Source: a virus (taxonomy: Duplodnaviria; Heunggongvirae; Uroviricota; Caudoviricetes). Taken from it: a stretch of 64,000 nucleotides of DNA. The stretch lies in the IMG/VR virus record IMGVR_UViG_3300025913_000020. One strand, 5' to 3'. This document shows, in pieces, positions 50,618-60,517 of the stretch; the first letter of the stretch is position 1, and each line of letters starts with the position of its first letter. The notes under the pieces were generated by a model, which had not been told where the DNA came from, ran no database searches, and saw nothing but the letters and a program-made list of their open reading frames with translations. A program made the translations under genes and the position numbers.

Positions 50618-50642
50618 GTGAAAAATGTAAACAATTTTTTGC
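50618..50642. promoter_or_regulatory. motif GTGAAAAATGTAAACAATTTTTTGC in divergent region
   Basis: 7 nt from minus ATG 50614; 38 nt from plus ATG 50676. Confidence 0.55.
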
Positions 50643-50675
50643 TTACGTCAACGACGAAGTTCGTTCTTTAAGGAT

Positions 50676-50936
50676 ATGGCACTGAATAAAGCACAAAAGT
50701 TTACGAAAACATCGTTCAAGGCGCAGGCGGATGCGATTGGAAATATCCTCCGTACCAATACCCTCCTGAGCGATGAGGAGAAGGCGTCCCTGAATGAAAC
50801 GTTTGGCGTTCTGACCTGGATGAACCAGTACCAGTTGCACCAGGAAGCAGGCAACAAGGACATCCCGGAAAATATCCGGGCACAGATTTTCGATGGCCGC
50901 CCCGGCGTGAAGCCGGTGCCTCCGACCGTCGATTAA
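50676..50936 (+). CDS. hypothetical protein (86 aa)
   Basis: isolated plus gene; converges with 50933..51304. Confidence 0.45.
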   Translation: MALNKAQKFTKTSFKAQADAIGNILRTNTLLSDEEKASLNETFGVLTWMNQYQLHQEAGNKDIPENIRAQIFDGRPGVKPVPPTVD

Positions 50937-51304
50937 CCTTCGCAGAGCGGCAGCAGCTCGTCAGCGCGCTGCTGCACCCATACCGATTCCATTTGGCCCA
51001 TCAGCTCCATCGCCTCGCGTTTCAGTGAGGCGATCCGGGCTTGATTTTGTTTGTGGGGTGGCTGTTCTTCTTCCGCTCGAATGCGGGCAATCAAAGCGTC
51101 GAGGTCCTGCTGCGTGGCGTACGCTACGTCCGGCTGCTCGGTCTTGGCGAAGGAGAAACGCGATGTGTTGTTCTTCTTGATCGGAACGGCGTTCGGCTCC
51201 TCCGGGTTCCAGCCCATGCGCTGCGCCCCTGGTCCAACGGGCCTGCGCTGCTGCGGCTCCGGGAAGTCGTTGCTCAAAATTTCGTTGATACGCCGTGTTG
51301 CCAT
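50933..51304 (-). CDS. hypothetical protein (123 aa), last gene of structural operon
   Basis: complete ORF. Confidence 0.45.
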   Translation of the reverse strand: MATRRINEILSNDFPEPQQRRPVGPGAQRMGWNPEEPNAVPIKKNNTSRFSFAKTEQPDVAYATQQDLDALIARIRAEEEQPPHKQNQARIASLKREAMELMGQMESVWVQQRADELLPLCEG

Positions 51305-51311
51305 ATTTTAA

Positions 51312-52004
51312 CTACGCGAACTGCACGACGGCGATGTCGCTGATCTTGAAAACCGGATTCGTATGGTTCCAGTTGATGTTCAGGTGATCGAGCACGCCAT
51401 AGGTGCTTTCTCGCATAATTCCCCAGTCATTTAATGGGGTAAAGCTGTGGCCTGCCAACGAGGCTATTTCATTCACCACTTGGGCGTCAAAAGTGGCCTT
51501 ATCAACATCAGTGCAGGCGGTGTCGGTATTTCTGAAAAGCTGGATGTGCCAGTCAGGATTGCCTTTGATGATGTCCACGAAGAACAGTGTGCGGTTAGCA
51601 TCTGTTGCTCCGATGTTCCACGTGCTCGGCTCCAAATCTCCGCCGCCGCCCGTTCCGGCCAGTAGAACACCGTTCCCCCATTCTTCAGCCGCTCCAAAGG
51701 AACAGCCGTAGCGTGTCGGCCCGGTGGCCCGAACGAACGTGTTGAAATTGCCCACCATGTTTGCTCCAAAAAAGTGCGTCGGAGCTAAGCCGGAATCACC
51801 AAAGATGCTGGTATCTCCGGTGCAGATGCCTACGTGAAGACTGCACGAACTTACATCTGCGCCCGAGTCAGCCATGCACAAGCGCATTCCGATCCGCAGC
51901 TTTTGCCACGTGCTGTTGAGCATGAAAAACGGCTGGCGAGCGAACCGACTGGCATCAAGAATGAGCCGATTCTCGCCGCTAATGCTGGAAATGATGGCGG
52001 ACAT
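51312..52004 (-). CDS. virion-associated protein, paralogue B
   Basis: 230 aa; MSAIISSISGENRLILDASRFARQPFF... about 60% identical to 52008..52694. Confidence 0.55.
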   Translation of the reverse strand: MSAIISSISGENRLILDASRFARQPFFMLNSTWQKLRIGMRLCMADSGADVSSCSLHVGICTGDTSIFGDSGLAPTHFFGANMVGNFNTFVRATGPTRYGCSFGAAEEWGNGVLLAGTGGGGDLEPSTWNIGATDANRTLFFVDIIKGNPDWHIQLFRNTDTACTDVDKATFDAQVVNEIASLAGHSFTPLNDWGIMRESTYGVLDHLNINWNHTNPVFKISDIAVVQFA

Positions 52005-52007
52005 GAC

Positions 52008-52694
52008 TTAGGCGAGTTGAACCACCGCGAGATCGCTGATCTTGAAAACCGGAACGCCAAAGTTCCAACTGACGTTGATGTGGTCCATGATTCCATTGGC
52101 AGCTTCGTTCACCAGCAGGTTTCCTGGCGTCTGAAAGCCGTGACCCGCGATAACGGGATTACCACTGACCACCTGGGCGTCAAAAGTAGCTTTGCTAACA
52201 TCGACGCAGTTGTTGTCAGTGTTTCTGAAATAGCTCAGCGTCCACTGCGTGGGTCCCTTCTGGATGTCCACGAACAGCACCGTTCGATTATTATCAGTCG
52301 CACCGATGCACCAGGTCGAAGGCTCCATATCGACGCCGACGCTGGAAACGTTCACGCCGTTGACAAAGCAGCTTCCTGATGAGAAGGAGCACCCGTACTG
52401 AGTGACGGGACTTGTCGCTCGGATAAACGTTGCGAAGTTCCCGACCCAGTTCATGCCCACAGCGTGGTGCGGGGCGGCTCCAGGATCACCCCAGATGCTC
52501 GTATCGCCATTGCACGCTAGAACATTGAAACTGGCCGGGTTTATATTTCCTCCTGAGTCAGACATGCAAAGCCGCATCCCGATGCGCAATTTCTGCCACG
52601 CTTGGCCGACCATGAAAAAGGGTTGCCGAGCAAAACGACTGCTATCGAGGATGAGCCGATTTTCTCCGCCGACACTTGAGATAATTGCTGACAT
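52008..52694 (-). CDS. virion-associated protein, paralogue A
   Basis: 228 aa; tandem duplicate of 51312..52004. Confidence 0.55.
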   Translation of the reverse strand: MSAIISSVGGENRLILDSSRFARQPFFMVGQAWQKLRIGMRLCMSDSGGNINPASFNVLACNGDTSIWGDPGAAPHHAVGMNWVGNFATFIRATSPVTQYGCSFSSGSCFVNGVNVSSVGVDMEPSTWCIGATDNNRTVLFVDIQKGPTQWTLSYFRNTDNNCVDVSKATFDAQVVSGNPVIAGHGFQTPGNLLVNEAANGIMDHINVSWNFGVPVFKISDLAVVQLA

Positions 52695-52698
52695 AGTA

Positions 52699-55677
52699 TT
52701 ATGGTCTGCTGACGTAGTTGCTGGACCAGCCGCTGCCTCCGCTTAAGCCGTCCAAGGCCGATCCAGGGGTGTAAGATTCAAAACTGTCCGTAGCCACAGT
52801 ATTTCCGCTGCGCGCTGCATAGGCGGCTTTCCAGATGCTGCCGCCGTTCAGGCCGTCCAGGAAAGCGTTATTCGCGTACGTTTCAAAGTCATCGAAGGCA
52901 AAACCTGTATTTGGCAGGTCAGGGACCGGATTCTCAAGGCCGCCAGGAGGGATGAAATTTCCGTCTGGCGAGTCAAAGTCGTTGGCAGCCGCGTAAAATC
53001 CTTGTTCGATCATCCACGGCTGGATGGCTTGATGGGTCGGATATGACGCATAAGATGGGTACCATCCGTGGACCGTGCCGGTACCCGCCACGCGAATGTA
53101 TTCTATGCCAGCCGGGATTAAGCCGGTTTTGCCGACATCACCTGGCTGCGAAAGACGGTAGGCTCCGACCTGCGTGACAATCGGGTTGCCGCTTTGGGAA
53201 AAGCTTTGAGTGCCGCTGATGCCATAGAATGTTTGGCCGTTGGCAAAAGTGCCGTTGCTGTAAATGACATAGCCTCCGTTCGGTGTTGCCACCTTGTACT
53301 GACGACCGGGCAGGATACCGCCGCTAAAGACCTGGCCGGTCTGCCGTAGGCGCGGAGAAAAAACCTCCATGAACGACATCCATGACCCAGTGGATGCCAT
53401 CGTCCATGAATCATTTGCGTCGCGAAATTCCGGCAGGATAGTGCCGTTGCGAGAGAGCGCCAGAGTGTAGGCGTCTTCAGTAGTGCGCAGAGCACGTTCC
53501 AGCATGTCTTGCCGGAATCCTTGGAATCCGACCGCGTCCGGCGTGGGCGCGGTGGCAATCAGTTTCATGAGCTGAACCTGTTCGAAGACGAGAGGAATCT
53601 GTGGCTCAGAGCCGAGCTGGAACCAGGCTGAAGATTGACCGGGGATGTCGGTCGCGGCAGTGATAATGCTGGCCTGCCAGTAGATCAAATTGTAGATCAC
53701 CTGGTCACCAGGGTTATAGGATTTTGCCTGCCAGGCTGAAGCCGCCTTCGGAAGCCACGAGATGTTGATCACGGGCGCGAGGTCCTGCTTCACGAGATTG
53801 AAGACGAACGGCATTACATCCGGCTGGTTGGCCTGACCGATCACGTCCAGGCTGGAATGAGCGTCGAGATTGGTTCCCGCTGCGCCAATCCATGTTGCCT
53901 GCATGATGTAGTGGCTGGTGTCCGGTCCGTTGACCTGAACGAAGCGCAGCTTGCGCACATGGAACTGCCCGTTGCCTGCCGTCCATTGAACGCTGAAATT
54001 GTACACCTGGCCGGTGGACTGGATGTCAATGCCAGGGCTTTCAATCACTGTGTTTTCAGGAAGGGCGTTGCCGTTGCTGTCGGTGTAATAGAGCGGCAGC
54101 GTGTTTGCGAGAATGGAAACGCTCCCCTGGCTCGCTTTGATACCGAAGGAGGTTGTCGGCGTCGCTGAGATGTTCGCGAAGTCGATGAACATTTTCCAGC
54201 CGCCCGCAGGCAGTGGAATTTCCCAGTTCCGCACGTCGCCGATCGTACTGTAGTCGGTTCCACCGTTATCCGGGTCTAGCGAGCCTTGGTCATTATCTCC
54301 GCCTGCGACCTCGACCGAAGGGGAAGGGCGAATCAGGCAGTTGAGTGCGTACGTGCCTGAATTACAGATTAGGCGCTCCAGATTAAATGTGATTGAGTCT
54401 GGCATCATCAGCGTCACGTCTTTACCGTTTGGAGCCAGGGTGCTGATGCCTCCGTTGACAAAGGTGGTAAAGGACGAGCTATCCCGGTTACCCGTGGGTG
54501 CGAACACCTGCTGGCTGGAATACGTGCCTTCGGAAATGCAGAGGCGCGCCGCTTTCTGGCGGAAAAATTGCGCGTCCTTCTGCTCCGGTACCGCAGGCAC
54601 CGTCTGGATGGTCTGGCCGGGCAGGATGCCGGGAATCAGGAAGCCCACGATCTGCGGCACGTGAATGGTGTCGAGCGTTTCCTTAAACCATTGAAGCGTT
54701 TTTGCCTGAGTGTCGTAGATGATCCGGTTACGGGAATCCAGCGACGGCTCGGCCAGAAATTGAAGTTTCGTCGGAGCCGGGATGGAATTCCAATTCGTGG
54801 ACGGCGGAATGTCTGAAGTCGTGTTGATGGCCGTGTACCACACACCCTGGTACAAAACTTCGTCGCCTGCGGCGTACACCGCGCCTTGAACAAAAACATT
54901 GTTCGTCAGGACGTAGGTGTCGCTCTCACGGGTGTTGCCACTGCTGTCCGAATCGACTTGAACATAAATGCGACTGGCGTATGCGAACGGGTTCTTCAAC
55001 GCCTGGACCACACGCGAAACGTAACCGGCCACCTGGTTGTCGCGGTCGGCGAGATAGAGGTCAGGGTCTTTTAGGGTCGCTTGGCTCAACGGCTCGGAGG
55101 CGTTCGGCAGCTTAGGCCGATTCGTTCCTTGCGCTGTAGCCCAGACCGAGGTTGAACCTATGTAATTGCCTGCCGGATCGAGTTGGTTGATGGGCGCGTT
55201 GTCACTGAAAATGGATGCCGCTCTCGCCAGTGTTTCGTACAAAAGCAGGTCGCGGTTGTAGAGATTGACATCCGTCACTTTGACGGCGGCGTAGGGAATA
55301 TCTGAATTCAGCACGTACTGAACAGCGGTGCTGTTATTCGGCAGGCTGGCTCCGACCTGGCTTGGGTCGAGCGGCATGAAGATGTTCGTGCCCGATTGAT
55401 CCGTGACGGCGGTAACGCCCTGCAAGACTGGCTGCACGACGGTTCCGTTCCAGACCGTGCGAGAATGAATTGCCACTTTGGCAACAGCGGCGGCGGCCAC
55501 CATGTCGCGGTGCTGGAACTCACGGTCTCGCCGGGCATAGGTGGTGATGTCCAGAGGTTTCCCTGGATCAACGGCGGTCAGCGTGCCCGAGAATTCGTTG
55601 ACTGGAGGCAGCGCGGCACTCCAGTTCAGCGTTCCGGCCAACTGAATAATCAGGGCTGATTCTAAGGAATCGGGCAT
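52699..55677 (-). CDS. large tail/fibre-like structural protein (992 aa) with C-terminal repeats
   Basis: Ser/Thr/Gly/Asn-rich; C-terminal duplicated FDDFETYANNAFLDGLNGGSIW / TDSFESYTPGSALDGLSGGSGW. Confidence 0.6.
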   Translation of the reverse strand: MPDSLESALIIQLAGTLNWSAALPPVNEFSGTLTAVDPGKPLDITTYARRDREFQHRDMVAAAAVAKVAIHSRTVWNGTVVQPVLQGVTAVTDQSGTNIFMPLDPSQVGASLPNNSTAVQYVLNSDIPYAAVKVTDVNLYNRDLLLYETLARAASIFSDNAPINQLDPAGNYIGSTSVWATAQGTNRPKLPNASEPLSQATLKDPDLYLADRDNQVAGYVSRVVQALKNPFAYASRIYVQVDSDSSGNTRESDTYVLTNNVFVQGAVYAAGDEVLYQGVWYTAINTTSDIPPSTNWNSIPAPTKLQFLAEPSLDSRNRIIYDTQAKTLQWFKETLDTIHVPQIVGFLIPGILPGQTIQTVPAVPEQKDAQFFRQKAARLCISEGTYSSQQVFAPTGNRDSSSFTTFVNGGISTLAPNGKDVTLMMPDSITFNLERLICNSGTYALNCLIRPSPSVEVAGGDNDQGSLDPDNGGTDYSTIGDVRNWEIPLPAGGWKMFIDFANISATPTTSFGIKASQGSVSILANTLPLYYTDSNGNALPENTVIESPGIDIQSTGQVYNFSVQWTAGNGQFHVRKLRFVQVNGPDTSHYIMQATWIGAAGTNLDAHSSLDVIGQANQPDVMPFVFNLVKQDLAPVINISWLPKAASAWQAKSYNPGDQVIYNLIYWQASIITAATDIPGQSSAWFQLGSEPQIPLVFEQVQLMKLIATAPTPDAVGFQGFRQDMLERALRTTEDAYTLALSRNGTILPEFRDANDSWTMASTGSWMSFMEVFSPRLRQTGQVFSGGILPGRQYKVATPNGGYVIYSNGTFANGQTFYGISGTQSFSQSGNPIVTQVGAYRLSQPGDVGKTGLIPAGIEYIRVAGTGTVHGWYPSYASYPTHQAIQPWMIEQGFYAAANDFDSPDGNFIPPGGLENPVPDLPNTGFAFDDFETYANNAFLDGLNGGSIWKAAYAARSGNTVATDSFESYTPGSALDGLSGGSGWSSNYVSRP

Positions 55678-55680
55678 ACG

Positions 55681-56289
55681 TTAAATCTGTTCTCCGCGCT
55701 TGCTGGCTTTTATTCTTGCGATTACTTTTTCGACTTCGGCCACGATCTCATTAGCGTGGTCTTCGAGACCGAACTGTTCTGCGTACGCCGCAATTTTAGC
55801 CAAACGCTCTTGTGGCGGCATGTTTTCCCACTCTGGTATCCATTCCCGTCCAAGCTCATTGTCTATGAAGCCTGCGGCAGCGCTTGCGGAATTGTTTGGA
55901 TCGCCTTCACCAAACTCAAATGCTTCAGAACCGGTTTCCCAGGGGTTCTCTGTTATGAAATATCCCATCCGATTCACAAAGTGAAATCCAGCCACGATAA
56001 TATCTTGATTGTCGTCGCCGGTCACGTACGTCCAGACGTATTTTTCATTCGTGTTCTGAACGCGTTGCAGCTCCGGTCCGTAGGTCTCGAACATGGTGCC
56101 GTTAAACGGGGCGTCTTCCCCTTCGTTCGTGACATCGTTTTGGATCGGCTTGTACTTTTCCCACCATATCTCGTACGGGTCCTCAACGGATGGTTCCGGG
56201 AAATCGGCAGAAGTAAGCCCCTTCAGATCGAGATCATCATCTTCAGGTGACTCGTTCAGAACGAATTTGATGATTTTTTCAGCGCTCAT
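55681..56289 (-). CDS. hypothetical structural-module protein (202 aa)
   Basis: acidic PEDDDLDLKGL segment; ATGA overlap with 56286. Confidence 0.5.
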   Translation of the reverse strand: MSAEKIIKFVLNESPEDDDLDLKGLTSADFPEPSVEDPYEIWWEKYKPIQNDVTNEGEDAPFNGTMFETYGPELQRVQNTNEKYVWTYVTGDDNQDIIVAGFHFVNRMGYFITENPWETGSEAFEFGEGDPNNSASAAAGFIDNELGREWIPEWENMPPQERLAKIAAYAEQFGLEDHANEIVAEVEKVIARIKASKRGEQI

Positions 56290-56708
56290 CCGTTGATAAT
56301 TTTGGCGACGCCAGTCATGGCCACCGTCACGTCCACATTCCGTGTATTGTTGCTAACTCCGAAATAGTAGGTGCCGGGCACGGCGAAGTCCCGGTACTGA
56401 AAGTTGTTGAATCCGACTACGCCAGGTGATGAGCACTTCATCAGCACGCCTGCTGAGCACAGCATGGGGCTGGTGAACACTCCGGCGCTGACCAGACCGA
56501 GAGACGTGCTGAAAATGTTGGGCGTGTTTTCCGGCGTAATGATGTTGATCAGGTGAAGGTTGAAGCACCGGACCCGGAGGATTTGCCCCAGGACGATGCT
56601 GATCGCACCAGAAACGATATAACGACCGCGCCTCAACTCCGTCTGCGGGAGCTGGATCGGCAGATCGTAAATCGTCTGAAATCGCTCGTTGGTTACGAAA
56701 CCCTTCAT
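56286..56708 (-). CDS. structural-module protein, paralogue of 59386..59868
   Basis: shared ER(F/K)...D(L/I)PI(Q/N)LP(Q/T)TE...G..IV pattern. Confidence 0.5.
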   Translation of the reverse strand: MKGFVTNERFQTIYDLPIQLPQTELRRGRYIVSGAISIVLGQILRVRCFNLHLINIITPENTPNIFSTSLGLVSAGVFTSPMLCSAGVLMKCSSPGVVGFNNFQYRDFAVPGTYYFGVSNNTRNVDVTVAMTGVAKIING

Positions 56709-56720
56709 GCTTTACATACG

Positions 56721-59066
56721 TTAATCTTCGTCCCAACCCATTTCCCGGCGAATCTCTCGATAGCCCTCGTCGGGAGGGATATAATCGTTATCTTTGTCCC
56801 AGAACCCGAGGTCAAGGATGTCAACGCGATCTCCGTCTTCGATGACGCGATTGGGGTAGTAGCGCCGCCATTCACCCAGATCGAATTTAGCAATCTGGCT
56901 CAGTGGCAGCGTGTCTTCTTCTGGCGGCGCGGGCGGCGGGTCTTTGAGCGTAACAGACAGGACCATCCCGTCGTCCGTGCGCGCCGTAAGCTCTCCCCAG
57001 GAGGAAGTGATCGTGAAGACCGCATCGGGTGGCGGGGTGCCGTGGACTTCTTTGAAGTCGTCATCCTCAGACTCACCAAGCCCAAGCTCCTTTTTGCTGT
57101 CCCCGATCTTCATCATGGTCATGTCGTCGAGCGCCCCGTAGTTGGCGTAGTACATGCAGTCCGAACAAATCTTATAGTCTTGTACTTCACGCGTGGTCGG
57201 ATTGAATCCGTCTGCGTAGTAGCGCTCTCCGCCCAGGGCACGATGGCAGCAGTCACACGGGGTCCAGCTAAATCCAAGCTCATCGCCCGTGCTGAGATTG
57301 TTAATGCCTTCACGTTCCATGAATTCCTGAAAGCGGGCCTCGAACTCAGCGTAGTCATGAGCATTATCAATGTGCTTGAGGGATTGACGGTTGGTGCCGT
57401 ACACGTCCTTGGCGTCCTGGGCCTCGTCTTCCTCCGACTCGTGAACTGGATTGTTTTCCTCGCCGTAGAAAAGGCAGTCGCGCCTGAATTCAGCGACCGG
57501 AGGCTCATAGCTGCCGTTCTTGTTCCAACACCCAAAATCCAGTATGTCCAGGTCAGTGCCTGGTTTTATGTCCTCTTTCCAGTACGATCGCCACTCATTC
57601 ACGTCAAATCGGTCGATATTTTTGAGATTTTCGCCGTCTGCGTCCACCGGAGGATAGATTTCTGTCTTGAGCACTTGTCCGTCTTCAACGCGAACCACGA
57701 ACTCACCGAGTGATGACATCACCTTAAAAGTTTCAGCGGGCGGCGGTTCTCCCAGGACATCCTTAAAATCAGAATCTTCCACGGCTTCGTCGATCTGCTC
57801 GCGATCCGTTTCAGGAAATTCCAGCGGGTCAGGGAACTTCTTGAAGCGAGTAAAATCAAATGAGTCGGCGGTGAAGGAAGCACCATCGCCCTGGCTTGAG
57901 AAGCCGCTCCAGCTAATATCCGCGTCGTCAAAACCCTTATTCTTCAGCAGCCACTTCCATTCGGCCACGACCGGCTCCGCGTAGTAGTTCTGGCCCATGG
58001 CGTCTTCGCCCTGGACCCACCATTCACGCGCTTTCTGTTTCGCACGGTCGTTGAGCTGGCTGTACAGCAGATTGCCTTCATCATACTCGCCGTCTTCACT
58101 GAACCGGTAGTCGTTGGACTCGATGGTCTCGGCTACGACCTCCTCACTGACGGACCAGTCGTAGGCAGCTTCCAGCTCTTTGTAAATTTTTCTGTTCCAA
58201 TCAACCATGCGCTCGTCGATGTCTTTTTCGAGCCGGTCGAGCAACTTTCCAATTCTCAGCTCAATTTCCTGCTGCTCATCGCGGGGAATTTCATCCGTCC
58301 AATACCACTCATCTCGGAGAGTAAAAGTTGTGCTGCGCTCGTGAACATAGTGGTGGTCAGTGCGCTTGACGTTTCCGTAGAGACTCAGAATACCACGCTC
58401 AACGTAATTCCCGATGTCATCCAGATAGTCACCGGCATAAACTTCTTTGCTATCGAAGTCGTCCTCCATGCCTTCCTTGACCGGTTTTTCACCGAGTTCG
58501 TTCAGAACCTCAATGAGTCCATTTTCATCAACGTCCTGCTTCGAAACGCATTTCCAAGCATTATCGACCAGGTCCCAAAAACGAACCGCGAACTGACGCT
58601 CCCCGAAACCTTCGATGCTGACGGCGAGTTTTCCCATCCGCTTTTCCCACGGGAACGGGGCCAGTGTGGACTGTCTGAAGCCGTACCTTTTGAGGAAGTC
58701 GAGTGTCATGTCACCTGCCACTTCCTTGGTGTCAAAGTCTTCGGACTCCTGCACAGGAACAGCGGCGTAGTCTCTCAGCATACGCCTGACAGCGTTTTCG
58801 CCTCCTTCAGTCCGGTGATCAGGTATCCACCCGGTTTGACCCCTTTTATGAAATCCGATGGAATAAAAATCGTTCGGGATGCGGGCTACGGTTACGGCTT
58901 CGTTGGCCATTCGTTTGATCCAAACGCCTTCTTCGGTCGCGAAACCGGCAGCACTGAGCGCCGCGTCCAGAGGTTCACCGGAGACTTCTTTGGTATCGAA
59001 GTCATCAGCTTCCAGAACGGCTTCAACCAGTTGATTTACTTCGTCGCTCATCGGATGATTCCCCAC
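56721..59066 (-). CDS. large acidic virion/morphogenesis protein (781 aa; portal or head-associated candidate) with internal repeats
   Basis: three N-terminal EDFDTKEV repeats and two C-terminal ~95-aa duplicated domains. Confidence 0.6.
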   Translation of the reverse strand: MGNHPMSDEVNQLVEAVLEADDFDTKEVSGEPLDAALSAAGFATEEGVWIKRMANEAVTVARIPNDFYSIGFHKRGQTGWIPDHRTEGGENAVRRMLRDYAAVPVQESEDFDTKEVAGDMTLDFLKRYGFRQSTLAPFPWEKRMGKLAVSIEGFGERQFAVRFWDLVDNAWKCVSKQDVDENGLIEVLNELGEKPVKEGMEDDFDSKEVYAGDYLDDIGNYVERGILSLYGNVKRTDHHYVHERSTTFTLRDEWYWTDEIPRDEQQEIELRIGKLLDRLEKDIDERMVDWNRKIYKELEAAYDWSVSEEVVAETIESNDYRFSEDGEYDEGNLLYSQLNDRAKQKAREWWVQGEDAMGQNYYAEPVVAEWKWLLKNKGFDDADISWSGFSSQGDGASFTADSFDFTRFKKFPDPLEFPETDREQIDEAVEDSDFKDVLGEPPPAETFKVMSSLGEFVVRVEDGQVLKTEIYPPVDADGENLKNIDRFDVNEWRSYWKEDIKPGTDLDILDFGCWNKNGSYEPPVAEFRRDCLFYGEENNPVHESEEDEAQDAKDVYGTNRQSLKHIDNAHDYAEFEARFQEFMEREGINNLSTGDELGFSWTPCDCCHRALGGERYYADGFNPTTREVQDYKICSDCMYYANYGALDDMTMMKIGDSKKELGLGESEDDDFKEVHGTPPPDAVFTITSSWGELTARTDDGMVLSVTLKDPPPAPPEEDTLPLSQIAKFDLGEWRRYYPNRVIEDGDRVDILDLGFWDKDNDYIPPDEGYREIRREMGWDED

Positions 59067-59389
59067 GTTCTCAACTGCGCCAGCACTTCGTCCCCGTATT
59101 CAGCGGTCACGCTTGTTTCCTGCTGCCACCGACCGGTGGAGGTACGCCGGTAAAGCACCAAAAGTCCTTTTCCCTGGGTGGTGGATGCGCCCACGGATGC
59201 CATCCTGCTCCCGACAGACTTCTCCCACCCACGACAGCCCATTTCCCGGTATTTGAAACCGAGAGGCTTAAGCGTGTGCTCCGTCCAGCTATCGCCTTCC
59301 GTCCAGTGATTCGAGTGAACAACATCCTTCCAATCGGAGTCATCCTCCTCGGTCACAAACGCCACGATCTTGTTGATTGCTTCGATCAT
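59048..59389 (-). CDS. hypothetical protein carrying EEDDSDWKDV motif
   Basis: start MIEAINKIVAF, ATGA overlap with 59386. Confidence 0.4.
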   Translation of the reverse strand: MIEAINKIVAFVTEEDDSDWKDVVHSNHWTEGDSWTEHTLKPLGFKYREMGCRGWEKSVGSRMASVGASTTQGKGLLVLYRRTSTGRWQQETSVTAEYGDEVLAQLRTWGIIR

Positions 59390-59868
59390 TGAAGGTCGAG
59401 TTCCAGGCGCGCCTGGCCCACACAGTTTAGCGTGAAGTCGGCACTGTCTCCGGTAGTCAGCAGCACGTTCTGGTCGCTGAACTGGATGTTGTTCACGGCC
59501 AGCCACGAATATGTTCCCGGCGCTACCGTCACGATGGGAGTCGCGGTGCGTGCGACGATGCCAAAGCTGGTTGCCTGCACCACATCCAGAGCCGGGAGTG
59601 CGCTCGGGTCACCGGACGTGTAATTGAAAAACAGGCCCACGTAGCACATGCCGAAGTTCGGCACGATGCGGTTGTCGGGTGTGATGTTGCTCAGAGCAAT
59701 CGTGGAGCTGACGAAATCCAGGTTGAGCATCCGGTAAGTCAAGCGCGTCGGTGTTTCGATTTTCACGGTGGCCACGACAATCCAATCTCCCATTTTGATC
59801 TCGGTCGTCGGGAGGTTGATCGGGATGTCCAGCGTGTTCGATAATTTACGTTCGGTTAGGTAGGCCAT
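59386..59868 (-). CDS. structural-module protein, paralogue of 56286..56708
   Basis: start MAYLTERKLSNTLDIPINLPTTE. Confidence 0.5.
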   Translation of the reverse strand: MAYLTERKLSNTLDIPINLPTTEIKMGDWIVVATVKIETPTRLTYRMLNLDFVSSTIALSNITPDNRIVPNFGMCYVGLFFNYTSGDPSALPALDVVQATSFGIVARTATPIVTVAPGTYSWLAVNNIQFSDQNVLLTTGDSADFTLNCVGQARLELDLQ

Positions 59869-59869
59869 A

Positions 59870-60517
59870 TCAAATTTTGGTGACGACCATGCTGGCGGTC
59901 CGGTTTTGCCGGGCGACGTGCCCGACATACTTCGACGGCAGCGCTGATTCCAGGATTTGTTTTACCCTGGTCACGCCAGAGTGCAACACATTCATGCTAT
60001 CCGCAGGCCAGCTTACGGTCATGGAATCAGCCTGGTTCTCCACGCAGAATCCAGCGCTGGTCAGCGCGTTGACAGCTTCTTCGAATTCATTAACTGTCTG
60101 AGCCACTTCCACGTCGTCGTTCTCAACCACGAGATCGACAAGCGCGGCGGCCTTCTGACGGATGCTCTCGTAGTGATCCGGGTCGTCGGGAGGCGCAACA
60201 AGCGGGTCGTACTGGTGGGGAAGTTCAGGGATTTCGATTTGGCCCTCATGCGACTGCCACAGCATCTCTGCACCCTGCTGCTGGCTTTCCACGGGAACGT
60301 AGGTGTGCATACTGCGCCCGGCGACGTACGCGATAAACCACTTCTCCTCCGCCCACTCTGATCCCGGAGAGGCAACCATCTTCTTCAGCAAAGTGCCGAT
60401 AAATTCCCCGTTCACGGAGACGACGAAAAAATGGCTGCCGTTGGCCGAACCAAAGCGTTCGATCTTGAATTCCGGGTACGTGTCGCCGATGTCTTTGGTC
60501 ATAAAATCATCAGACAT
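59870..60517 (-). CDS. hypothetical structural-module protein (215 aa)
   Basis: complete ORF. Confidence 0.5.
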   Translation of the reverse strand: MSDDFMTKDIGDTYPEFKIERFGSANGSHFFVVSVNGEFIGTLLKKMVASPGSEWAEEKWFIAYVAGRSMHTYVPVESQQQGAEMLWQSHEGQIEIPELPHQYDPLVAPPDDPDHYESIRQKAAALVDLVVENDDVEVAQTVNEFEEAVNALTSAGFCVENQADSMTVSWPADSMNVLHSGVTRVKQILESALPSKYVGHVARQNRTASMVVTKI

